A stretch of 64,000 nucleotides of DNA. Source: Mantamonas sphyraenae STR306. Lineage: Eukaryota; Protista; CRuMs. The number at the start of each line of letters is the position of its first letter. Positions within the stretch are counted from its first letter, which is position 1. Under the pieces are notes generated by a model. It had not been told where the DNA came from and ran no database searches. It was given only the letters and a program-made list of their open reading frames with translations. Positions 30,015-42,870 of the stretch are shown one piece after another. The stretch covers positions 124,001-188,000 of the forward strand of contig JAPMXV010000053.1 in assembly GCA_026936335.1 (NCBI GenBank). Reading direction: 5' to 3'. The translations under genes and the position numbers were made by a program.

Positions 30015-32915
30015 ATGTCTGTACGTTGCATCCTCTTGGTACATCCCCGAACAACGCACACGCACACGCACACACTCACTCACTCGTATGTGCCGGTTCA
30101 CACAGGGTTTCTATGAATGGAAGGCAAAGGCACGCGAGATGTAGGTCTTTTGCGATGCACCCATCTTACCCACCCACCCACACGCATGCATACACCCGTA
30201 TCCGTGTCCCGTGTCCCCTTTGCACTCCACGTTGGCGCCTTGGCCAAGCGTGGGGGCCGGTTTTCGGCGCGCGCTGACGCCGATCCGCCATTGTCCCTCA
30301 CAGCAAAAACAAGGTGCTCCAGGTGACGCCTATCGAAGCCATGGTACGTCTAATGCAGCCTATACATGCACGCGGCATCCGGGAGACCACAGCCAGGAGG
30401 TTGCCATGCAGTACACACCCCTGCATGTGGCCATACACGCGCCAGTCTGGTCGAGAAACCTCCGGCGACGTGGCTTTTTCCCTCTTTTCGCGGTCCTCCG
30501 ACAAAGCGCGCACACACGCTGACACAGCCACTGCAGGTTCACGAGGCCACCACCGACGACCCTTGGGGACCCAAGACGTCTCAAATGATCGAGATCTGCG
30601 AGTACACCATGAGCACTCGGTACGTGCCCTCGCCTTTGCCCATGGGCCTCTCCCACCCGAATTCTCGGTGGGCCCATTCTGCAGCGCCCTGCACCCATGC
30701 ACAAACACCACACCCGTGAGCACACGCCACCTCGCTCACACACACGTTACACACCGCACACGCACTCTCAGCTCGGACTTTGACGAGGTCATGGCGGCCA
30801 TTTTCAAGCGCCTGGAAGAGAAGGACTGGCACATTGTGTACAAGGTAGGTGCAGCTGCGCCGTGTGTGCTTTTTTGCCATCCACGAGGGAGGTTAGGAGG
30901 CAACGTGTACATGTGCTAACACAACATGGTCCCCCCCGCTGTGTGTGCGTATGTGTGTGTGTGTGTGTGTGCAGGGGTTGACTGTGATTGACCACCTTGT
31001 GCGCAACGGGTCGGAACGGGTGATCGACGAGGTGCGCTCGCACAACATGAAGCTGCGCCAGTTGACGACGTTCACCGCCAAGGACGACGACGGCGTGGAC
31101 CAGGGCGCCAACGTGCGCGAAAAGGTGAAACGCCTCATCGAGCTGCTCAAGGACAACGATAGCATCCGCGAGGAGCGTGAAAAGGCACGCAAGCAGCGCG
31201 AAAAGACCGGCACGGGCAACTCGAGCAAGTATTCGGGCTTTGGTTCGCAGGATGTCAAGAAGCAACAGTACGGTGGGTTTGGCAGTGGCAGCCGCGGAGG
31301 CGGAGGCTTTGGCAGCAGCGGCGGCTTTGGATCGGGCTCCTCCTACAGCGACAGCGGACGCAGCAGCGGCGGCGGCGGCTTTGGCGGAGGCTCATCCTAC
31401 AGCGACAGCAAGAGCAGCGGAGGCTCGTCGTACAACGATCGGGCGTCGTCGTACAGCAACAACAACGGCCCGTCGCGCGACAGCGAAGACCGCGGCTCTC
31501 GTGGCGGAGGAGGCAGCAGGCGCACGGGTGGTGGAAACACATCGCGTCGTGAAGGCAACTCGCGTGGGGCAAAGGCACAGGGCAGCCGCAAGACCAAGGC
31601 ACCTCGTAGGGCCAGCGGAGGAGACGACGGAGGCTTTGCCAACTTTGCCAACTTTGATCAGGACGGCAACAACAACAACACAAGCAAAACGAACACAGGC
31701 GACGACAACGCATGGGGCGACTTTGACAACGCCTCCTTTGACGAAGGCGACGCCGACGACTTTGAATTTAACCCACGCGGAGGCAACAACAGCAACAGCA
31801 ACAACAACAACAATGGCGATGGCGGCTTTGCAAACTTTGGAGACTTTGGCAACAGCAGTGGGGGCGGAAAGAAGCAGCAAAAGTCGAACAACAAGCAGGA
31901 GGAGGCGTGGCTTGACTTTGAACATGACGAGAAGAAGGACATGATCAACGAGTTCACAGTGGCCTCGCCCAAGGTTCAGGCAGGCAACGGCGGCGGCGGC
32001 GACGACTTTTCCTGGGAGGACGAGGGCGAGATGGAATTTGGTATGCAGTGGGAACAGAAGGAGCAGGAGAGGAAGGCCCAGCAGCAGAAGCAGCAACAAC
32101 AGCTGGCACCCGCAGGCTTCGATACATCCACACCACTGTTTGGCGGCTCGCAGGGGTCACAGAGCGGCGGGCAGCAGCAGCAGCAGCAGAAGCAGACGGG
32201 TGGAGGCCAGCAGAAGCAGGGTGGAGGAGGAGGCGTCCAGCAGGAAGAAAAGAAGAGCAAGATTGCAGAGTGGGGCGCAGGTCTGGTCAACCTCGACACG
32301 GGTCTCACCTCGAACACCAAGAAGGAGAACACGTCGCGTACCACCACCAGCGGCAACTACCAGCTCACAGGCAACTACCAAAACATGGGCAACTTCGGCG
32401 GCGGCGGAGGCGGAGGCTACGGCGGCAACATGGGCGGAGGCTATGGCAACATGGGCGGTGGCGGAGGTGGAGGCTACGGCGGCTATGGTGGCAACACCGG
32501 CGGCGGCTATGGCGGCAACACTGGCGGTGGTTTTGGTGGCAACACCGGCGGCGGCTATGGCGGCAACACTGGCGGCGGCTACGGTGGCAACACTGGCGGC
32601 GGCTACGGTGGCAACACTGGCGGCGGCTATGGTGGCAACACTGGCGGCGGCTATGGTGGCAACACTGGCGGCGGCTATGGTGGCAACATGGGCGGCGGCT
32701 ATGGAGGAAACACTGGAGGCGGCTACGGTGGCAACACCGGCTTCAACAACGGTGGCGGCAACATGGGCGGCGGCGGTGGCTTTGGTGGAGGAGGCAACAT
32801 GGGCGGCGGCAACTATGGCAACTTTGGCGGCAACTTTGGTGGTGGAGGCAACAACCAACAGCAAAACAACCAGCAACAGACCAAGCAAAATGACTTTACT
32901 GGTCTGGGATGGTGA
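30015..32915 (+). CDS. ENTH-domain clathrin adaptor (EpsinR/CLINT1-like), 6 exons
   Basis: MS|GFYEWKAKAREI|KNKVLQVTPIEAM|VHEATTDDPWGP..|..DWHIVYK|GLTVIDHLVRNGSERV..DQGANVREK. Also FANF/WGDF motifs and an LVNLD clathrin box. Confidence 0.9.
32483..32739 (+). repeat. 21-bp coding tandem repeat (GGYGGNT)n in the EpsinR tail
   Basis: Repeated ggcggcggcta(c/t)ggtggcaacact units, about 11-12 copies. Confidence 0.9.
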
Positions 32916-32941
32916 ACAATGAAAGAATGAATGTACTCCTT

Positions 32942-35900
32942 CTACCCTTCCACAACCATCTCTGACGCCGACGGCACCTCTGTCTCCCTCTCTTGCGTGT
33001 GGGTTGCCTCCCTGTCGTTGGCGGCCTCCACAACCACGTCGGGCTCGGGCACAATGGCATGCCGAGCAAAGGAGAATGTCACCAGCATACGCACACGCAC
33101 CTGCACCTTGCGATCGTCCTCTTGGAAGCCCTCAAGGGTGCACACGTCTGCCTGCAGCGCCTTTTGCGTCTGCGAGGCCAGCTGCGCCGCTTCAGCCGCA
33201 CTCACACGCGTATTGACACGCTGTGGCAACAGAAGGCCACTCTCCTGCAGCACATCCTGAGCATTGGCTCCCGTCTCGCCAGCCTCCAGCTTCAGGTATT
33301 CGATGTTCTCACGAGCAAGGGCGTCCAACGAGAGCAGATTCGTAACCGAGGCCGCCTCCACTTGCATCGCCTCCTCGTCCTCGTCGCCTCCTTCTGCACC
33401 CAGCATGTGCAACGAGACACCCTTGAGCTGCGGCAGCCGTGCGTAGCATTGCAGCTGCGGGATGCAGCAAAACAGCAGCACCGAGTATTCGCGTGTGGCC
33501 TCTTGGATGGCTCGCATCACAAGCTGCTTGGGCACCCGGTACCAAACCTCGCCCGCTCCATCTTCCACCTCCTCGTAGTCGCCCGCATCAAACTCTTCAT
33601 ACAGGTCCAGCAACGTACACAGCAGGTCGCGATGGTGCACCTGCACAAGCATCTCCTCCTCGTCCTCCCGTACGTTTTCCCACAACGTGCCGGGGTTACA
33701 CAGGCCAGCATACTCGGCAATCGCAGGCGCCGAGTACACACGCCGCTCCTGGCCATACTCCAGGCTGCCTGCACGCACAGGAAACAACACTTCGTTCCAC
33801 TCATCCAACTCCACACTCACCTCCAGTGTGTTTGCCAGCGGATTCTCTGCACCCACAAGTGCCATCTCTCGCACCAACACACGCTCATTGCCCGTCGTTT
33901 CGTGCACTTCTGCCTTCCCATGGGCCACAGGCGCACGAAACAGAGCATCCTCCTCAGCCGGCGGCTCGGCAATGTCGATGCGCAGCGGCCGCTTCTCCTT
34001 CATCACCTTCTTCTCCTCCTCCTCCTCCCCCTGGTCTTTGTCACCACGAAACACACTGCACACACTCGGCCGTGGTCTCTTGTGCTGCCGCATGCGCTTG
34101 CGTCGCAATCGCAATCGCTGTTGCAACACCGCCGCTCTCTGCACACCCGACGCCGTGCGTGACGAGATCCCATCCTCAGTGCCATCCTTGTGCATGCCCA
34201 CCATGTCCGATTGCACGCGCACTTGTCGCAGACGCACACGTCGTCCGTGACGCAGGTCGCCCAGACGAACGGTGCCCACGTACTCCAACACCTCGGTGTA
34301 CTTTGCGTCGTCGTACGCCACCTGCACGCCTGCTGTTCCTGCTGCTTCTGCCCCACTGCTCCTTTTGTCTGTGGCACTGCACGGGGGCAACACCTTGACA
34401 TCTTCCATCAACACGGCGTCTGGCACACTCGCCGCCTCCACATCCATCCCTGTGCCGCCACTGCCGCCGCCCCCGCCATCCACAGCTGCCACCTCCTGCC
34501 ACTGCTTCTCCTCCTCCTGCTCCACCTCTGCCACCAGCCGCTGCATCTCTTGTCGCGCAATGGCTTGTGCACGCGCCATTTCCTGTGCATGGGGCACCTT
34601 TTCGACAGCCTCCACCACAAACGAATCGGGCACAAACTTTTGCCTGCCCACCACCTGCCGCGACTGCTCAAACGTCACCTGCACATCCTCTGCCTCCAGA
34701 TCATCCTTAAACTGGTTCAACATCGCCTCCTCGTCCTTCTCCTTTGCCGTCGTCTTGCGCAGCGCCACCGCAGACGATCCACGTGGTCGTCCCGGACGCC
34801 TTCGCGCCCCGTTGGTCCCTCCCACGGCCTTTTTGCCCTTGGCCGCCGCCTTGCCCTTGGTCGTCTTCTTTCTGCCCTTTGTGGACGTCGTCGACGCCTT
34901 GCGAGCCTTGGGTGCCTTGGGTGGCTTGGGTTCCTTCTTCTTCTTGCCCTTGATCGTCACACGCGCCCTCTTGGGTGGGTTGGGCAACTCGTCGTAAAAG
35001 TCATCGTCGTCTTCGTCGTCCATGTACTCTTCGTCCTCCTCCTCCTCCTCCTCATCCATGCTGCTGCCTCCACGCTTCCTCTTCTTTCCCCGTCGACTCT
35101 TGCGTGTGCCTGTGGCCGACGCACCTCCACTGCTGCTGCTGCTGCTTCCCTTGCGTCCCTTTCCTGTCGCTGCCTGCATGGGCATGTTCTTACGCGACTG
35201 CTGGTTCAGCATGTCGCCCGTCAGAACCGCCCCCTTGCTGTTCTTCACTGCCATCAGCTCGCCCACACTCAACGTCGAAAGGTCCATGCCCGACAGCTGT
35301 GCTGCTGCACCAAAGTCGATACCACCCGCCGTGGCTGTGGTGGCGGCGGCGGCGGCGGTGTTGCTGCTGCTGCTACTTCCCGGCGCTGCCCCACTGCCAA
35401 TCTTCAACTTCAACGTGGGCCCACCTGCGACTGCCTTGACGATGGTGTTTGCCACTGCTGCGACTGCCTCCTTCTTGGCTTCCTTCTTGGCCTCCTTTTC
35501 TGCCTTTTTGCGTGCCTTTTTCTCTTTCTTCTTCTGCTTGTACGCCTCCTGCTCCTCTTTCGACATTCCCGACAGCTTGGCCAGCGCCTTTTCCTTCTTC
35601 TTCTGCTTGCGCAACGCACGTTCCTCCGCACTTTCCTCCTTCTTCTTCTTCTTCTTCTCCGCTTCTTCGTCTCCCGCTGCCGTATCAGCACCAGCCCCAG
35701 CACCAGCCCCCGCACCAGCAGCTGCCGTTGCTGCTGCTGCTTCCGCTGCCAACCCTGCACTGCTGCCCACGCTCCCCTCGCTTCCCGCCTGAAGCCCTGA
35801 TGCAGACGCTGCTGCTGCTTTTGTTATGGCTGCCAGTGTTTGGATGGCTGTGGCGTTGAAGGACAATTTCAGATCCGTCTTGTTTTCGGCGCTGATCTTG

Positions 35901-36743
35901 GCTTGCCGCTTCTCCTCCTCCGCCGCCGCCGCCGCTTCCTCCTCCGCCAGCCGTTTATCCTCGGCCTTCTGCCAACTTTGGATGTACAATTCCCGCGCAT
36001 ATTCCTCATCGAACGATGGATTGTCCTGTGTCACGTGTGTGCGCATCCACAGCGACGGGGTCAGCGTCTCGGTGGACGCGTTCTCGAGCATGCGAGCAAA
36101 GTGTCGTCACTCACTCCCCACATCCCACTGGACCACTCTTCCCCACTTACCGGCACTGTCGTCAACGCCCATCCCATCTCTTCACTCTCATCCAGGGTCA
36201 CTCCGTCGTCGCCATAGAACCTGAACGCCACTGTCTGTTGTGCCGCCTGTGTGTACGTGTGTGTGTGTGTCAGCAACTTTCCCTCCCTCCGATTGCCCCC
36301 CACCTCCCCCCCACCCCTGACTGTCCCATTCTGATGCCACCTACATTATGCCCTGCATACGAAGGTTGTGAGACCTGGCCCTTGTACATGACGTCTGTCC
36401 AGTAGGTGACCCACTCGTCGTTGTCTGTGCGCTGGTAGTAGTTGGGGTACTTGCTCCAGATCACTGTGCCCGGCGCGTAGTTGCGAGGCTCGCCCGGGTA
36501 TTCTGCAAACACACATTCCCTGGGCACGTTGAAGAACTTGATGGGTGCCTCTGTCTCCGGTGGCTCAGGGTGTGCCACCAGCTTCTCCGGGTCGTTTTCC
36601 TCCAGATCCAGGTAGTTCTTCCGACTGCGACGGATGCACATCACCACATGGTTCCACTCCTTTGCAAACACATCCTCCTCCTTTGGCGACGCCGGAAGGA
36701 ATGCCACACACTGTTTCAGCACCTGCGGCTTCTTCCCAGACAT
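32942..36743 (-). CDS. Large nuclear protein with N-terminal SGF29-like tandem Tudor, Lys-rich region and AT-hook (3 exons)
   Basis: N-terminus is paralogous to 23525-25270 (LEENDP..AHPEPP..YPGEPRNYAPG..YPNYYQRTDNDEW..TDVMYKG). Introns ~36344-36247 and from GTAAGT at 36150. AT-hook RRPGRPRG. Confidence 0.7.
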
Positions 36744-36851
36744 GTTGGAGGGGGGGGGGGTGGCCTGCCTGTGGTTTCAGTTTCAGCTGGCCAGAGCCGC
36801 GCCACGTCGACCACACGAAAACCGCCCCCGCCTGACCGCACGCACAATCCC

Positions 36852-37898
36852 ATGACCACAAAGACAGGTCAAACCCAACTCAAGCTGGCTGGCGATATCG
36901 ACCCGCCCTCCTTTGCTGTGGCTCTGTTTGGAGGCCTGGCCATGACGGCGGCCCACCTGTGGGTTTGGGCCAACTACAGTTCCGCCCACGCCTGCATCAC
37001 GGACCCGTACACTTGCCTGCGCCACTTTGGAGACGCCGATCCATGGGGCCGTCACGTCCTCTCCCTGTGTCTGTTTGCCCTGTCTGTGTGGGCAGTGTCT
37101 GCCCTGCGTGGCAGCGAACTGGGCACCTCCGACCCGGGTCTGGTGGACCAGCTGTGGTCCACCGTGCCCATTGTCCACGTGTGGGGCTTCTATCTCTGCT
37201 CGGACATGCCCAACCCACGTCTCCTGCTCATGTGCTGCCTGGTCACCCTCTGGGGCGCTCGCCTCACGTACAACTTTGCCATCAAGGGCGGCTACAGCGG
37301 CGGCGAAGACTACCGCTGGGCCCAGGTGCGTCAATGGTACCCTGGCTTCCGGTTTGAACTCTTCAACTTTGTCTTTATCTGCTTCTTCCAACTGCTCACC
37401 ATCCTGGGGTTCAGCTCTCCCGCGGCGGTAGCCATGCAGAACGCCGCCGTGGAGTGGAGTGCCATCGACACCGTGGCCACACTCCTCTTCCTCCTCTTTC
37501 TGGCCATCGAAACCATTGCCGACCGTCAGCAGTGGCTGTTCCAGACGGAAAAGTACCGCAGGATTCGCAAGAAGTTGCCCCTCGAGCAGTACGAAAAGGG
37601 TTTCATCGACACCGGTCTGTGGGCCTACAGCAGACATCCCAATTACTTTGGTGAGGTGTCCATTTGGTGGGCCTTTTACCTTTTTAGTGTCGCTGCCTCG
37701 GGCAACTGGCTCAACTACTCTCTCACTGGCCCCGTCGCCACCTCGCTCCTCTTTCTGCCCCCGCGTGCCTCTGTCGACGTCACAGAGAGTCTTTCCATGC
37801 GCAAGTACCCGGCCTTCAAGGAGTACCAGCAGCGTGTCAGTCGATTTGTCCCCTGGTTCCCCTCTGCCTCTCGCACCCCCGCCACCAAGGACGAATGA
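36852..37898 (+). CDS. DUF1295 / steroid 5-alpha-reductase-like membrane protein
   Basis: VDQLWS, WGARLTYNF, GEDYRW, ETIADRQQWLFQ, GLWAYSRHPNYFGE, YQQRVSRFVPW. Confidence 0.9.
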   Translation: MTTKTGQTQLKLAGDIDPPSFAVALFGGLAMTAAHLWVWANYSSAHACITDPYTCLRHFGDADPWGRHVLSLCLFALSVWAVSALRGSELGTSDPGLVDQLWSTVPIVHVWGFYLCSDMPNPRLLLMCCLVTLWGARLTYNFAIKGGYSGGEDYRWAQVRQWYPGFRFELFNFVFICFFQLLTILGFSSPAAVAMQNAAVEWSAIDTVATLLFLLFLAIETIADRQQWLFQTEKYRRIRKKLPLEQYEKGFIDTGLWAYSRHPNYFGEVSIWWAFYLFSVAASGNWLNYSLTGPVATSLLFLPPRASVDVTESLSMRKYPAFKEYQQRVSRFVPWFPSASRTPATKDE

Positions 37899-38157
37899 GC
37901 TTCCACAACGTTCCTTCCACCCATCCCCAGTTTCTAGTTTGGCAATGGAAACATCTCGACACCCAATCCCGTCCCTTTTCCTCGATTGTCCCACACCAGG
38001 GAAGCGCCCTCAACCCCCCGCCGTCCCCGTAGTCCAACACCACACACAATCTCTCTGCTTCCACCACTCTGCCCCTCCCTGACCCCCTTCCAACTTCACT
38101 CTTCATGTTGCCGCCATCCTCCGCGCCGGATGCCAACTCAACCCTGAACACAGAAGA

Positions 38158-40356
38158 ATGTCCAGCCGCAACAAGGATGCCATCAAACTGAGTATGTGCC
38201 CTCTCCCACCGACCCCCCCCCTCCCACCTTGGTCCTGTGCCTCCAAGATCTTCCTTCTCTTTTGTGTCGCTCTCGCCAACTCCTGGCCTGACCCGTTTCC
38301 TTCATCCGTCTTCCTTGTCCTCTCCCCTAACCCCCCACTCCCCGCAGAGAACGTCTACGCCGCCATGCCCGTCGTCGAGCGAGGCGTGCCCTTCAACATG
38401 AGTGCTGACCCCACCAACAAGACCCTGGTCTACACTCATGGCTACACCGTCGTCATGCGCGACCTGGAGGTTGGTTGATCCGCCCTCTTTTTCCCCACTT
38501 TTCCCCTCTCACACCTTTTTGCCCGTCCCTCTCCCCTCGTGCAGAACCCCGCCGTCGCCGACCTGTACACCGAGCACCAGTACGAGGTCACCGCCGCCAA
38601 GTATGCCCCGTCTGGCTACTATGTCGCCTCGGGAGGTTCGTTGTCGCCCGAGGTGTGTGGGTGGCCCTGGTGCCACCTCGTCAAGCAAATCCGTGCACCC
38701 CCCCCTCCTTTTCTCCGCCGTCATCGCTAACCCAGCCCGCCTCACCGTTCACATTACACAGATGCCTCGGGAACTATCCGCATCTGGGACACCACGCAGG
38801 CAGAGCATCCGCTGAAGCTGGAGATCCGTGCGCTGTCGGGCCGTGTCAACGACATCTGCTGGTCGGAGGACTCGAAGCGCATCATTGCCGTGGGTGACGG
38901 CAAGGAGACGTTTGGAGCTGCGTTCCTGTGGGACTCTGGTTCGTCGGTGGGTGAGATCACAGGCCACAGCAAGACCTTGTACAGCTGTGACTTCAAGCCC
39001 AATCGTCCCTACCGTGTGGCCACCACGGGCATGGATGGCAATGTCAACCACTTTGCAGGTCCCCCTTTCCGCTTCCAGCAGAGCAACAAGGATCACACCA
39101 ACTTTGTGAACCAGGTGCGCTTCAGCCCCAACGGCGAACTGTACTGCAGCGTCAGCAGCGACAAGACAGCCCTTCTCTTTGACGGAAAGACCGGTGAGGT
39201 GGTCGGTCAGCTCAACATGGACGACAACGGCCATACCGGCGGCATCTACGGTCTTTCGTGGAGCCCAGACGGCAAGCAAATCTTGACCGCCTCGGCCGAC
39301 AAGACCTGCAAGCTGTGGGATGTGGAGACGTCCGGGTGTGTGTCCACGTTTACGTTTGGCAGCGAGGACCTGGAGTTCCAGCAGTACGGCTGCCTGTGGG
39401 CGGGCGACCACATGCTGTCGGTGCAGCTGGACGGCAGCATCAACTACCTGGACATCAACAACCCGCAGAAGCCCTTGCGTGTGCTGCGTGGCCACAACAA
39501 GACCGTGCAGAACATGGCGTACGACTCGGACAACAACCGATTCTACAGCGCCAGCTACGACGGCATCATCCGCGAGTGGGTGCCCGAGGAGGGCCCCACC
39601 GACACCGAGTTTACCGGTGCCGGACACACCAACACCATTGTGGGCATGAGCCTGCACTCGGGCAGCGGCACCCTCGTCACTGCCGCCATGGATGACACGG
39701 TGCGTGTGACCAACGTGGAGGAGAAGGCGTACAACACCAGCTTCCCCGTCGATGTGCAGCCCACCGCCATTGCACAGGGCAAGGGCACACCCACCCTCAT
39801 GGTGGTCACCACCCTGGAGAGCATCCTGGTCATGGACTCGGGCGACGTCACCTTTGAGCTCAAGACCGACTACACCCCGACCAGCGTGGATATCTCCCCC
39901 GACGAGACCGTCGTCGTCGTCGGTGCCAAGGACAACCTCGTGCGTGTGTTTGCCCTCAGCGGCGGCGCCCTCGAGCTCACCGGCACCATTGAGGACCACC
40001 GCGGCGAGTTGGTGCAGGTTGCCTTTTCGCCCGACGGCACCATGTTTGCTTGCTGCGACACCAACCGCGAGATCCGCACCTACAACACGGAGGACAACAG
40101 CGTCAAAGCCAAGGGCTGGGTCTTCCACGCTGGACGTGTCAACTGCATCGCCTGGTCTCCGGATAACATCCACGTCGCTTCGGGCGGTGTCGACAAGAAC
40201 ATCTTTGTCTGGAACGTCAACAAGCCCACCAAGCGCCTCGTCTTTAAGGGCGCCCACATGCAGGGTGTCGAGTCTCTGGTCTTCCTCGACGACAACACCC
40301 TCCTCTCGGCAGGTTCTGACACGCACATGAAGACGTGGTCGATCGAGTATCCGTGA
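38158..40356 (+). CDS. WDR1: WD repeat protein 1 / actin-interacting protein 1 (4 exons)
   Basis: [23 protein letters not shown]|[51 protein letters not shown]. Confidence 0.95.
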
Positions 40357-40431
40357 AAGTCATAAAGTCCAATTTCGCACACACACTCTCTCTCTCCTCC
40401 TCACCTCCCATCTCGTACAGCAGCAACACTC

Positions 40432-42748
40432 TCAACGCCGTTGCTTACGCGATGTCAGCGACAGGGATGACGATGCTTCTTGCAGTTTCCGTCGAGCCAT
40501 CTCAAACTGCCGCCTCTTTGCCTGATCGATCCGTTCACGCACCATTCGCGTGCCAATCTTTTGCTTCAGGCGTCCCCGTGCCGTCTCCAGCTTTGGATTC
40601 TTTGACACGGGGAGCAGCTTGGTGCCATTCTTCACCAATTTGTCAAACTCCCGCTGCTTCCGCTTCTGCTCCCTCTTTGCCTCCTTCTCCTCCTCGTGTC
40701 GCTTCACCAGTTCCATCTTTGCCCTCACCTGTACCATTCGGGCTTGGATTGCCCTGCGTTTCGCCTCCAGCTCTGGGTCGTCCGTCACCACGCCGTCCTC
40801 CTCCTCGTCCTCCTCCTCCTCCTCCTCCTCCTCGTTCGCTTCCTCTTCTTCATCCTCCTCTTTGTCCTCCTGTTCATCAACATCTTCATCGCGTAGTGGC
40901 GCACCCGTCTGTGGGTTGCGTGGAACAATCGGCCCGTGGAATGGGCAACGCACTCGATCAAACCGCTGGCAAAGCTTCCCATTTGCCATTGGCGCCAGAC
41001 ACGGCCGCTCAACACGCTTCTCCTTCTCCCTGTATATATATGCTTGCTTATGCAGTCCCAACTTGTCGATGAGACCATTGGTGTCCACCTCCAGCGCCTC
41101 GTGTCCGAAGAAGCGATGGCCCACGCCGATGGTGTTGCTGCTCATCAAGGCCATTGCCTCCTCCCTGCTCGATCCACTCAGTTTCCAATCGTCCTCATTC
41201 TGCAGCACAGGCGCCACCTTGCGCAGTTGTTCCATCAGCTTCTGTCGTTTCTGGTCATTCTGTGTGTTATCCAGCGCTGTATCACGCTTCCGCTTCTGTA
41301 CACTGTCTGTCGCCCCGTCAGCCACGGCGTCCTCTTCTTCCTCCTGGCCATGTTCACCCTCGTCGTATCCCGTGGGAAGATGCTCCGCGGCAATGGCAGG
41401 GATGCGTTGAAAGTCGTCGTCGTCGTCGTCATCGTCGTCATCGTCGTCTTGTTCACCATCCCCGTTCTGTGCCTCGCTACCCGCCCCACCTGCCGACCGG
41501 ATGGGTGCCATGTGTTCTGAGGAGCGGTGTGCCTGTCCCTCCTCGTCCACATTGACCGTAGTGCTGCTCTCTGCGTGGACCTTGATCCCCAGATCTGCAC
41601 ACCGTTCCTGCACCAGCTTAGCCTGGTTGCGCAGCTCTACAACCTTTCTCAGCAACACATCCTTCTGAGATGCCTCTTCCTGTGAGTTGTCGTATCGCAT
41701 CAGCGTGCTGTGCCAGTCGTCCAGCAACAGTCCAAACTTGCCCTGCAACAGCTTCAGGTTGTCCCGTAGCGCATCAAACAACACCTTGTTCTCCTCTGTC
41801 TTTAGCTCTCGCAACTGTTGCTCCATGTTTCCAATCTCAATCACCCCATCCTCACCGCTCATGAACCCCAGTTGTGCACGGAGCCTGTGCAGCATCCGAT
41901 ACCTCGATTCCTCTTCCTCTTCGTCCTCCTCATCTTCCTCTTCGTCTTCCCCGTCCTCTCCTTCCTCCTCTTCCTCTTGGTCCTCTTCCTCTTCCTCCTC
42001 TCTGTCCCCTCCGTCTCCCATCATCTCCTCCACTTGAGGCACAATCAACCGAAAGGTGTTTTCCATCTGCTGGAGCACACGTTCCAGATCATGGCCCTCT
42101 GCTCCCAATTCATCCTGCATGCGGTGGAACTTCACTCCGAGAATGCGCTGTGCTCGTGCTTGTCTCTCCTGCTCCTCACGCTGCTGCCTCGCACGTCTCT
42201 GATTCAACTCTGGAAACTCCAGGCGTCTTGTCTGCTTCAGATACGACAGTGCAATGCGCAGGGCCGCATACTTGGATCCGAATTCATCGTGCCATCGTTC
42301 CAGAATCGACAGGGACTCTTCACGTAGCCGGGGCACAAACTGCAGTGGCGGCGGTGTGTTCTTCCGGCTGCCAAAGTCAATCACCAGCTCCACAATCACC
42401 TGCAGATCTGCCGTCACCAGCGAGCGGAAGTGTTTCGAGCGTTTAAACAGCTCGTCGATCAATTGGATGGCCAGCAGGCGAATCTGCGTGGGGTGTCAGA
42501 CCTGCTTGCTGTTCTCGAGCACCCACCCAACACACCCGCTCCCCTCCCTGGCCTCCCCAACCCACCTGTGCATGCCTTCGCTTCAACTGTGTCATTGCAT
42601 ACTCGTAGGCCGCCTCCACGTAGTCGTCCCCCTTGCGTGCTATCCGCGTCACTGCCTTTACGTGCACAGAGTCCAGCTCCAGCGCGCCGGTCTCGGTCGC
42701 CTTTCGGATGGCATCGCCCATCGACTTGCGCAAGTGATAATCCGACAT
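40432..42748 (-). CDS. UVSSA: UV-stimulated scaffold protein A
   Basis: HAQ|IRLLAIQLIDELFKRSKHFR VHS-like N-terminus. C-terminal CLAPMANGKLCQRFDRVRCPFHGPIVPR. One intron ~42567-42486. Confidence 0.92.
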
Positions 42749-42870
42749 GAGAACACACCAGTCTGTGTGCACACTGGTCGAGAGTCTTGTGTGTGCACTT
42801 GAAAAGCAGGTTTGCAGTGCCTGCGCCACCGCAACAACAACAACAACAACAGTTCCATTCCAAAGAAACC

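Noticed and set aside
32483-32739. Possible CRISPR-like array
   Set aside because: The repeats are contiguous with no unique spacers, they are coding, and the locus is eukaryotic.
32048-32893. Alternative-frame RRLWWQHW repeat protein
   Set aside because: It is an off-frame reading of the GGYGGNT repeat in EpsinR, with no independent evidence.
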